Shown here: in pieces, positions 22,728-34,269 of the stretch
Numbering within the stretch: the stretch's first letter is position 1
How the letters are laid out: each line of letters opens with the position of its first letter
Assembly (NCBI GenBank): GCA_043228905.1
Contig: JBHGNT010000001.1
Coordinates: 16,244,001 to 16,308,000 of the forward strand
DNA length: 64,000 bases
Source: Azolla caroliniana
Lineage: Eukaryota; Plantae; Polypodiophyta
Direction of reading: 5' to 3'
Program-made: the position numbers and the translations under genes
Notes under the pieces: generated by a model
Database searches by the model: none
Told to the model about the DNA's origin: nothing
The model's input: only the letters and a program-made list of their open reading frames with translations

Positions 22728-25700
22728 TGTCATAACCAAGAATAAAATATAGAGTGATGGAAGAAGGATATAAGGGAACACGAGAAGAAAGAAACAAAAT
22801 GTTAAGAGAAGAATGGGTGTATTAAGATAGAGAAAGAAAGAGAATGGATACAATATATGTAATGAGTGCTAAAGACTGGTGTTGATTCAAATTGATTTGA
22901 GAATACATGTATGCCCTTATTTATAGGTTCCTATAGAATAGCTTAGAGATTTCTATAATGTTCTAGAATGCTCTAGGACATTCTAGAACAGTCTAGAATG
23001 ATCTAGAGTTTTTACAATAATCAATCTAATACAAAAAGTAGCTTGTATCTTCTCATATGACAATAAGTTATTTTAATGGTTGAGGTTTCCGATTATAGAT
23101 TACAAGGTTCGAGGTTCAAGTCCGGGTGACGCCATAATGGTCATGTGTTCATGACACTATCCCTCCATCATTAATCCGTGTTGTGATGACAAAAGGACCT
23201 AAGTGTTGATAATCGAGCTTAGCACACGGGCGGGTAGTCTTGATGTGACGACGAAGCAACCATACTCGATCACCAACATTAAAAGGAAACTTAAGACGAT
23301 GTCGATCGACATTGGTCTTATGGTGTGCTTGCGCTTTTTCAAGATGTGAAGATAACTCAAACTGGATTTGTTGTAGTCAGTGGAGGTGATGTGCCGCACT
23401 AGGGTTTCGTGACACCTCAGGGAGATCACCATCAAGGGTGGTTTCCAGTGTAGGCAAAGAAAGGTGTAACTCAGTGGTGTGCTTGCGCTTTTTCAAGATG
23501 TGAAGATAACTCAAACTGGATTTGTTGTAGTCAGTGGAGGTGATGTGTTGCACTAGGGTTTCGTGACACCTCAGGGAGATCACCATCAAGGGTGGTAGAA
23601 GAGTGTACCGTGTTGTTGTATGCAAACTCGACAAGATGTAAAATATTGCTCCAATCATCTTGTTGATAACTGATGAAGCATCGAAGATACTGCTCGAGTG
23701 TTTGATTTGTGCGCTCTATTTGTCCGTCAGTTTGTGGATGATAAGCCGAAGAGAGATTGCAAGAGATTTTGAGGCCTGCCCATAGGTGCTTCCAAAAGTG
23801 TGAGATAAATTCAGGACCTCGATCGCTACTAATATCATTTGGGAGGCCATGATGGCGAAACACCTCACGCATAATGAGATCTGCAGTTTCTTTACTACTA
23901 ATGGTCTTTACACACGGTACAAAATGTGTCATCTTTGTGAACAGACCCACTACTGTTTAAATACTATCAAAGCCTTTGGAAGGTGGCATATCCGTAACGA
24001 AATCCATAGAAATAGACTGTCATGGCTTGCTAGGAGGTGGTAATGGTTGTAGTAAGCCATAAGGATGATGCATGAGTATTTTGGCACGACAGTAGGTGTC
24101 ACATGTGCGTTCTCTTCGACAAATTTTTGCATGTGAGGCCACCAAAACGAACATTTCACCAGCTCAATGGTCTTGGGAATACCAAAATGTCCAGCCATGG
24201 GGGCATCATGACAATGTTCTAACACTTGAAGTCGGGGTGATCCATTAGGGATGTAAAGGAGATTCTTGTAGAAGAGTAAGCCATCTTGCCACTTGAAGTC
24301 CTGATAATGTTGAGATGACCCTTGCAATGTGGAGGAAGATGGACGGCTTGAACCAATGTGGGCTAAGACATCCTTAGCGAAATCATCAGAGTGAAGTTGT
24401 TGTCGAATAGTGTCAAGATGGCTAGAATCAAGTGGCGTGGCATAAATTGTTGTTACCTGTAGCTTTGACAGCTCGAGGAGAATCTGCTTTTGATTGTCAA
24501 AGGCTTGATCTCCAGGTCGAAGAGCTAGATATGAACGCCGAGACAGAGCATTTGCTTTCCCTTGTTGTTTTCCGGGGCAAAAAATGATCTTGAAATCGAA
24601 ACGCGTTAGAAATTGGGCCCACCGAGCTTGTCGTCTATTTAATACTCGAGTTGTTTGAAAATATGTGAGATTTTTGTGATCACTATAAATGATAATCTAA
24701 TGAGGCGATCCTTCTAGAAAATGACGCCATTGCTTGGATAAGTTGACCACAGCTAGTAACTCCTTGTCATGCACCTCATAGTTTATCTCCGAAACAATAA
24801 ATTTTCTCGAGTGAAATGTGACTAGATGAGTCTACCCGTCCTCGCCTGGTTATGATAGGATACTCCCCAATGCGAAGTCTAACGCATCCGCCTCAAAAGT
24901 AAATGGCTTTTTGGGATCAATATGCACTAGGATAGGTGCTGATGTGAATGCCTCTTTCCGTTGAGCAAAAGCCTTGTCCGCTTCGATACTCCCAAAAAAT
25001 GCTTGATTTTTCTTGGTCAGTTGGGTGAGGGGCAACACAATGCTTGAATAATTACGTATGAATTTGCGATAGAAGTTCACAAATCCGAGGAAACACTGGA
25101 CGTCCTGAACTGAGCATGGGGGTTTCCATTCCAATATTTTTTGGACTTTTGCCGGATCCATGAAAATACCCTTGGATGAAATAGTGTATCCCAAAAATTC
25201 AACTTGTTTGCAATCAAAACTGCATTTCTCAAGGTTGGCATAAAGACCATACTTTATTAGGCATTCAATTACTTTCCACACATGTATATCATGTTCCTCG
25301 TGTGTTTTAGAGTAAATCAACAAATCATCTAGGTAGATGATGAGAAAGATATCCAAGAAATCCTGGAAAATGTCATTTGCCATATGTTGAAATACTGTGG
25401 GTGCATTTGTGAGCCCGAAAGGCATGACTGTATACTCGAAATGACCATACCGAGTACGAAATGCAGTTTTCCACTCATCTCCCAGTCGAATTCGAACAAG
25501 ATTATATGCACCCCTTAGATCAATTTTGGTAAAATACTTTGCCCCACCAATGCATTCTAAGAGATTGGAGATTAAAGGTAGAGCATACCTATTCCTTATG
25601 GTGACTTTATTTAGGCTCTTTTCCTGGTTGGTGATAAATAGGACAGTCGTACGGTCGATGCTTTGGAAGAACACTAGCTTTGACTTTGTCGAAAACATCA

Positions 25701-26440
25701 ACATAGTCTTGATATTTTTTGGGAATTTGGATGTCTAAATTCCCTTGAGTGGCACTAGAAGGTATCATTGATACTGCAAATAAGAAAAGGTCCTCCTTGC
25801 CTCCCACTTGGTGCAATTGTTGCAATGTGATGGCTGAAATTTGATGAAAAGGAGATGGTGCGTTGGTAGAACTATATTTTTCAAGAGAATAATCCTGAGT
25901 TCGATCCTTGGCAATGATATTTTCTGCTAAAGGGTGCCAAATTTCTCGCTTCCTCCAATCGATTCTAGGGTTATGTCGCTCGAACCGTGGCAAACGGAGG
26001 ACAATTGGATGCTTAGGAAACTACACATCCTAAATCACCTAAGAGTATGTGTATTGGCTCAGACTCTTCGAATATCTTCCCGGAAGCTATGAGGCGTCCA
26101 TCAATCACTACTACAGAAACTAGACAAGGAAGTGTATGCAAGGATATTTGGTGTTTTTGGGCAAAATCTCCATCACTCTATCTTTTATTCATTGGTTCTA
26201 ATAGTTTGATTCAAATTTATTTGAGAATACATGTATGCCCTTATTTATAGGTTCCTATAGAATAGCTTAGATATTTCTAGAATGTTCTAGAGTTTTTACA
26301 ATAATCAATCAAATACAAAAAGTAGCTTGTATCCTCTCATATGACAATAAGCTATCTTAATGGTTGAGGTTTTCAATTATGGATTACAAAGTTCGAGGTT
26401 CAAGTCCAGGTGACGCCATAATGGTCATGTGTTCATGACA
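22728..26440 (-). mobile_element. Gypsy H: Tcn1-like chromovirus, internally deleted
   Basis: 3' LTR 22728-23156, partial 5' LTR about 26200-26440. PPT GATGGAGGGATAG. Decayed [79 protein letters not shown]. Gag, PBS and chromodomain not found. Confidence 0.85.
23326..23594. repeat. About 120-bp duplication inside Gypsy H integrase region
   Basis: GTGCTTGCGCTTTTTCAAGATG...CACCATCAAGGGTGGT repeated at about 23326-23443 and 23479-23596. Confidence 0.85.
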
Positions 26441-29400
26441 AAGCCTATCATGGCCATATTTGTGAATTGTCCTAAAGTCATATAAGTATAAATATGACTT
26501 AGGGCAACCACTTATGTAGTGGTCATTCAGAGTTGTTATTATTGTTGTTGTAAAGATAGAGAGATACAAAAAGCTCTTCTGTTGTAACCGTCGGTTGGCG
26601 AAGACATAGAGCGCAAGGTCATTGCCTCCGAGTCTCACTTGGTATCCTCTTCTTATAGTGATAGTTGGAGTTTGTGGGTTCCCGTGGTTTTTCCCTATTA
26701 GGGTTTTCCTCATAAACATCATGTCATTTTCTATTTCCTACTTTCTTCCATTAAGTGTTTAAGACTTGGTTGAGGCTGAGCACTATCCCATTCCGCACAC
26801 ACGACTTGATTGGCTTTTGTCGAAACATAATCTTGGTCGGCATGTACCCTGTTATCGAACTGTGCATAGTTTGGTCGGCCCATAATGCATAAGGCAGGAG
26901 TCGCGGCCAATTCCCGACTTGTCTGTTACACGCACATACAATGGTCTTCACAATCGGTCCATGCCCTCACTCGATTTTCCCGTTCACCTCCACATTGATT
27001 GTCGTCACGAGGGAGAGCTTGACTCCTCGTCGGTCAAACAACTCCTCGGCTTCATGCGTGTCCAACTCCCCTCGGTCAGCCACAATTTTTCCCACGCATC
27101 TGTATCAGCATATCACGTCTTCTATTAGGAACGATCATACAACTACGATCGTTTTGTTCGTTAAGGCCCATCCTTCCACCTGGTTCGTTAGGTCCTCCCT
27201 CGCCAACACCAGGTACCTCATCTAGCCTACCCCCCATCATCATTGTCACCAAGTCAACCATCCACTTGAAGTGAATTGTCAGCGGGTAGGTTGAATGCAA
27301 CTTGTTGCGGTGTCGGATTCTGGAATGTACCTAACAACTTTCGCATGTCGTCACGAAATGGTGTACGTCATTGTACATTCATGACCACCAATATTTCTCC
27401 TTGAGCTTTTCGAACATGGCCCACATTCCCCGATGTCTGGATCAGGGACTCTCATGAAATTCGGCCAACAACACCGATTGGTTCTCCTTCCACGTCACCA
27501 CTCGGAGCGGTGTACCATTTCGCTTCTTTGGGTGTCGCCATATTACTTCGTCTCGTAAGAAGAATTTGTACGCCTTCTTTTGGATTTGACTGACCTCTTC
27601 TTTCATCCATGATGCCTCCACCATGATTGTGCTTAAGAACCTCCCGATTAGGAGCCATTCCCTATTGTAATCATTCTCGTGCAGGGTCAGACTACTCTAT
27701 TTGTTCGTTGTCAATCGGGCCGACCCAAAGAAGTCCACGCTGACCTCTTCGTCTTCTAATACCATGCCATCTTCTCCTTCGAACCGCGCTCTTGATAGCA
27801 TATCGTCCATGGCGTCATCTTTCCCAGAAATGTGTCGGATTTCTGAGTTTAGGGACTTGATGTACACGATCCACATGAGCATCGTTAGGTTCGGGGTCAT
27901 GCATCCAGATACCATCTTGAGAATCAGGAGGCAATTCGTCTCGATTATAACCTCCATCCTGATCAGATAATCTTTATCGGCTTTCATCATCGAAACGATA
28001 CCCTGTTGTTCTCTCTTGACCTAGGCGTATCCTCATTGTCGCTTGGTCAACACCTTTGCCCCGAATCAGATTGCGACTCTCATCCTGCCTTCATCCTCTT
28101 GGTTGATTACCCACCCAATTCCAGTTGGACTCATGTCGACCGTCACATAAATCGGGGACTCCTTCCCATAGACTACCTTCCGGAGAGTTGGTGTTGTTGT
28201 TAGCATCCCCTTCAGTCTCCGCATTGCCTCCATGTGCTCCTCGCCCAATTCGAACTTCCGCCCCTTCTTCAGCAAGCCACGGAGCGGCTCGACAATATGC
28301 GTGTAGTGGGGGATCCAAATGTGGTAGAAGGCACATGCACCTAGGAATCGTCGGACCTTTGTGTGGTTGTCCTGCATACTTCTTTCATCACCGAGATGGC
28401 CTCTACCTTAGCCAAAGATGGTTTCTTACCATAGGGTCCACATAGGTGTCCGACCACCAGGATTTCTGACTGTCCAAATGTCAACTTCTCCCCCAAGAAG
28501 GTAAGCCTCTCACCTTCAAGCCTCAACAATATCTTCTCGCAGTCAACAATGTGGTTGGTGACAAACTTCATGCATCCGACTTGTCCTTCTGATCCTCTGA
28601 ACATCCTTTTATCGGGATGTCGTTCAGAAACGGCATGGTGATGTCTGAGATGCAGTCCCTCAATACCTTGTTCATTGCATTCACCATGTGGGCCACTGAA
28701 TTTGTTCCTCCTTGTGGCAGGGCCCTGACTATAAGTCGTCGATCGAGTAAATCGACCTTCCGACGAAGGCCTCTGCAAACTCGTTGTGGGTCGGCCCGAT
28801 CCCTACATTTCAGATTGTCACCTTGTTGATGGATTGCAGGTCCTGTATGAAGTGCAATGTGTCGTTCTTCTTTGGCACCGTAAACCACCAATTCGAATAT
28901 GGGGCACTTGACGGTTTGAGGATCCCCATCTCAATATTCTCCTTGCACAACTCCATCAGCTTCGGGATGTGAGCTCCCGGTACCAAAATCGGTTTGAGGC
29001 TCCACGGTCATGTGGTACCATGAAGATCACCATAGGCTTGACGATCGTCAGGTCGACTCACCCAATCCCCTCTAGCGAGAATGTGAAGGCCCTTTGTGTC
29101 CCTTGATCATTCTCCGAAACCGGTCCTCTTCCGCGGGTAGTAGGAAGCCACCCCCACATATCCTAAGCTTTCGTAGCATCTCCTCTGTGAACATGTGTCC
29201 TATATTGCGTAGATCTCGTAAGCTCGGGTCGGTCGCGACCCTCTTTATCCGTTCCCACTTGTCCTCCGGTAAGGGTGTCGCGATTGGCCTCACCTTCCAG
29301 TCCACGATCTTTGTCCTTGGTGCTGGCGTGGTTTGTTCGACCCACCTCGACCATCTCCTCGAATTCCGCTATGACCTCGTACATCTCAACTGAATTGACT

Positions 29401-30583
29401 GGAATCGTCTGGGCTTCGCTCAGACCTCCTTCTACCACCCTGTCGATTTCCCAAGGGTGTCATCAAACGAGACCACCTCCACGACGCCATTGATCGAGTC
29501 GTCGGGGCCCATAGCTCCAGATTCCTTTAAGCGCCCCTCAACCCGTTGTCTTTCTCGATCGCTGGATGTCGAATATTGTACATCCTCCACTATTAGAGAG
29601 TCAAATTTTCCTACCTAATGTACAAGTGTGGGGTTTCGATCGGCTGTCCGAACTATCGTGGCCCCACGCCTTGATAGCCCTCTTCAAAAATCCTCTCGAC
29701 CTCCGTCGCCGAGACAGTCCCGATTACGTTCGTGGTTCGACCGAACTGTCAGGAATTGGACAGAGTGTTGACCGTCCTGGCTCTTCACCCTCGCATAGGC
29801 CGAACCCTTGTCCAACACCTTTGTCTCCGTACGAGCCGTTGTGATGTATGGTTCACCGAGTATGACCGGGTGAGAGGACGACTCCTGCACGAAGAAGTTT
29901 TGGTCGATCTCAATGTCACCGACCTCCACGCGGACATTCGGGCACACACCATGAAGCTCCTCCCACAGATCGTCGCTCGTATCTTCTACCCGTGCTTGGT
30001 GTTGATTGGCCACTTACCCTTCTTGTAGAAATCCATGGACATCAAATTAATTTTTGATCCATGGTCAATCAATGCCACCTTAGGTTCCTTCACGTCCCTG
30101 ATCCGGACCAGGGTCTCCATTGTCACCCTTGCCTGGTGCGCCCTAGTGTAGTGGTTGTCCAAAATTTCCTCTTCCATCGCCACCTTGTCGATGTGGGCCG
30201 CTTTCACCTCAACTGGTTTCTTACTTTCCGGTTCAGTCAATAACTGCTTTCTCTTAACAAGGTCGAGGATGGTGTCGGGAACTCCTTTTTGGCAATGCCT
30301 AGTACCTCTCTCAGTGTGAGTTCCACTTGACTATTGAGGATTCACTCCTCTAAGACCTTCCGTAGGTCCGTCGTCTTCTCTATCTCCAAGTTCAGTCAGA
30401 AGCTTGGAAATTTCTTTTTTGCCTTCTCCTCAGGCTGGCACCTTCATTCCTTTTTTGCCCGTTTTGGGTGTCGTACTTGCTTGAGGGGCTTGCCCCTCTG
30501 GCCTTCCTGACTCGTTAGTCCTCGACCAGAACTTCATAGTTTTGGCATGCCGCTTCCACGAAGCCGGTCTTCTCCTCCACCGG

Positions 30584-31499
30584 TGTCGCGAAGATTGTGG
30601 TTGTGTGTCGCAACCGCCGGGGTTCTGTGACTCGGGGATGATCGGGGTGAAAACGCGTAATCGCAAACGGTGCGATGACAAGAAGCCAATAAGGCAAGAT
30701 AAATGCGACGTTGTCGCGAAAAGAATTTTACTTGTAAAACAACCACTTACAATATTTATTTGCCAAAAGTTACTTGGCAAGACTTGAACTCACAAACTCT
30801 ATTTGAGAAGAAGCGTTTGAGATAAACCACTTCAATGTCTTTGGTTTCTATTTACTTGTCTTTCTCTTTCACTTTATATATACTAAAATTATATTACAAA
30901 ATTTGATTACCAAAAGAATTTATTTGAAGAGTATTCAAACTCACAACCTTTTGTTTACAAAGAGGCATTTGAGATACACCACTTTAACTTCTTCCTTTTC
31001 TTACTTTAACTCTTCTCTTGATTTATGTAGGCCACCATCTTCTTTGGCGAGCTCTACATCCCATACCCACGCGAGCTTCTTCACTAGCTTTTCCTTCTCT
31101 TCCTTCTCCTTCTCCTTCTCCCTTCCCTTTAGCCACCACAGGCATGGCTTATATAGGGTGGTCAACCGCCCTACCACCCTCTTGAGGCGATTGTATTTTT
31201 ATTTTTATTTTTATTTTATTTTCTTTATTTATTGATGCTACAATTAATTCAATTTTATAGTTCTATATTTAAGAAATTATAGAAATAGCCCTTATTTAAT
31301 TTTGACTCCCCCTTTTGACATAATTACATTTTTGTCCCAAGTAACATTAATCCTTCCGAAGCTTGTATCTTGGGCTTCTGAATTCTGATTCACGAACCGA
31401 AAATTCCTTCATGCTCCTTGTCATAAGCTCCAGATGGGAAATGTACTTCTATAGATTTTTGACATTGTTTTCACATCGTGAAGTGTCAACTTCACGACA
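30584..31499 (-). mobile_element. Solo LTR (916 bp), TGTCGTG...CGCGACA, 4-bp TSD CCGG/CTAG
   Basis: CCGG 30580-30583 and CTAG 31500-31503 (explained by CpG decay). Removing it restores Gypsy E reading VTGWSD-PVEEKTGFVEA. Confidence 0.8.
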
Positions 31500-34269
31500 C
31501 TAGATCGCTCCAACCGGTGACTTCCCGAACCCGCCTCTCTCCGCGGTCTGCCTCCTCCTTCTTCAGCTTTTCCCCAGAGAAGCCTTCAAGAATAATTGGC
31601 CAAAATCCGGTGTCGTTTCCAGAGCTGGTGGTCTTTTCTCCTCCTACCGAAATCCTTGTCGACGTCGAGTAATGGATGGTCTCTGCATGTCGCGCCGCAA
31701 CCTCTTCCATCAACCTCTTCATTCTGCCCCGACCGGTGTTCATTTCAAGGGGCCTCTGTGTTTTGCTCGCGTGTACACGACCGTTCTAGAGGTACACCAC
31801 ATTGTTTCTTAGTGCTTCAGCGAAGTCAACGCAGTCTCTCCGAATGTGGTCGACATCGTCGCACCACATCCACCTAAGGTCATTAGGCGGGCATTGGTCA
31901 CGCGATTGACCCCCGCCATCCCTTCGAGCCTGAGCGATCTAGAGATCGCACACCATCTTCGTAAGCTCCTCTAGTGCCGAACCCCCGAATGGTTCCTCAA
32001 CCACAATTGTCGGAACCGGTCCCGACTCGAGCCTTCTTCTTGTCTTGTCTGATCGAGTTAGCACTTCCCCCGTTATCCATGTGGTAGTCGGGCCAATCAA
32101 CGACGACCCCTCGTTGTTCCATTCTCACCACTTGTCGAAAGGACTACATACTCTTTTCACCACGGCCCAATCAGCCGTGAGCAGTTCATCCGTCTCCAAG
32201 AGGAGATCAACCTTCTCCTAATTGCGCGGCTCGATCTATTTTATATATAATAGGACCTTGCTTGTATCGAGCATGGTCCGGTCCATCATCAATAGTCACG
32301 CAAATCACTTCTCGAACTCCTAGAGAAGTGTCGACATGTTCCTTCTTTTCTCGGGGAACTCAACCCATTCTATGAGCTCCCTCTTTGATAGCCGGAGCGA
32401 TTTGTCCAATCCATACCTTTCGAGGAGCCACTCCTCGAACTCCGACTAGTTACGATAGTCGTCTTGTACCTCAAGCCCCTAAGCATGGATGCTTAGTGTG
32501 ACCACTCGGACAATATACAGACAACCGCCTGTCCTCCGGAATATCCCGCATTAACATCTCAACTTTGTAGGCCTTTAGATAGTTTGAGACATCCTTTCCA
32601 TTGAATTGACCCATTGTGGAGACTATCGTCTCGATGGCTCTATCGAGCCCCAATGAGCTCTCTCGAGCGTTCACAAGGCGATCTACGATAGTCGCCATTG
32701 ATTCTTCTAGCTTGCCTCCCCTCATTATGAAACTCCCTTGCCGTCCTTTCATGTCAGGTTCACCAAAGATGTCACGGTTTCCCACATGTATGTGTTGGAT
32801 TGGGCGGGACCACAGGGGTCTTGGATTGGGGAGTTGGAGATAGAGAGGTCACTGAGCTTGTAGTGACCTAACCGGCTCACTTGTCGGAGTTCTTCGCTAG
32901 CACACGGGCTCCGAGAACCTGTGTCTGATCCGGCCCTATCGCCGGATTCTAGAAATGAGCACACGGGCTTGCAGACTCAAGTAGAATGCACGGAATAGAT
33001 CGAGAGAGGAGAAGTAATGCCTCCTGAACACAAAAACGGAGATACGAATGTAGATCCAACACAAAAAAGGAGTCAAATACAACAAACCACGAATATATTA
33101 ACAAACATAGAAGAATACAACCGAACTTGGTCGGTGACAGAGCTTCGAACTCTACACGCACGCGCACACACACCAACTAGTGAGCCTCTGGTCGGGAGCA
33201 CATGGGCTTCCTACGCAAGCAAAGGCCTCACACCTATCTATCCGAACTAGCACAAAACAAAAAAACTAACAACGCTCGAGATCACAAACCGACATTGTCT
33301 TCTCCCTCAAAATGATGGATCCCCAAAACATTCTTCCTTCCCTCCTTTTATAGTTCAAGGAGGGTCGATTACATCAACATTCATGACAACCGCTTTTGTT
33401 AGCGATATTCCCCAAGATTTTCTGTTATCACACACTTTTATTCCCCTCATTTCAAGGGATCATAAAGTACCTACTCAATACTCCCTATGTTGTACTTAGT
33501 AGTCCTAAGTTATTTACAATAGTTTTATACAATATCCCCTTTTATGTGCATCCGTGCACGCCCTTGTTCACACGCGATTGAAAAGTTTTCTTCTTGTGGC
33601 CAGAATCCTCCATGAAAACATACCAGACCTCGTTCGACCGAGTTGTTCACCACCATCGAGTTAGCCTTGTGCTTCATTACAAAGGTTGGGTCCGTTTTGG
33701 CTCGCCCCGAGGCTTCGACGTAGTGCAATCTTTCACGCCTATCCGCGTCTCTTGGCTTGATCTGGCTTTGTCTTAATCAACGCGCTTCTTCCAACACTTG
33801 GTCTCTCTATGGCCCTTTAGACCACAGTACCAACAGTCCGTTGTGACCTTCTCTTGCCAACTTCCGGCACCACCTTGACTCCTCGTGCTTGTGGAGGGTC
33901 TGGAATTGTTGTCATCGCCATTTCTGTGCCTTCGGTCCTGCTCTTGTTGGCCACCTCCATTGCTTGCCAACCCGCCTCTTCCACCACGACCACAAGGTCT
34001 ATTTGCCTCCGTGTACAACATTCTGTTGTCAGTGTGCGTGCTTGTCGACACACCCGTGTGGTTTTCTTCAACGATCAACATGGATCGTAGCTCGAAGAAT
34101 GACGACATGTTCTCTCTCATGCAAACCGTCGTTCTGAATGATCCGAATCTAGAAGCCAACCCTCTAAGATAGACTTGTACCATTTCGTCCTCCTCGACGA
34201 TCATGTTGATGGAGGCGAGAGAGTCCTAGATCTCCTTGATCTAGGTAGTGTAATCGGCCACTGACAGAT

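Larger units (their letters stand above)
19959..26801 (+). mobile_element. Copia G (Tnt1/Tork-like), heavily deleted; 5' LTR interrupted by Copia I, 3' LTR interrupted by Gypsy H
   Basis: LTR end CACTATCCCATTCCGCACA at about 20058 and about 26801. Decayed PBS TAGTATCAGAGC. Gag FKLTGSNYPVWK, RADNGGEY, LYVDDM, RSTSGY..ISWQSRLQKSVALSTTE. PPT GAAGGGGGAG, then TGTTG at 22636. Confidence 0.82.
13141..33617 (-). mobile_element. Gypsy E: old Phygy/Selgy-like non-chromovirus carrying nested insertions, 4-bp TSD ACAT
   Basis: 5' LTR 32770-33617 and 3' LTR 13141-13960 (roughly 80% similar). Trp PBS 32749-32765. PPT 13961-13973. TSD 13137-13140/33618-33621. Gag 32471-32785, protease LIDHGSKINLM, RT LPQGGTNSVAHMVNAMNK..PFLNDIPIKG, RH, integrase to about 26805, acidic tail 14033-14110. 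Confidence 0.88.
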
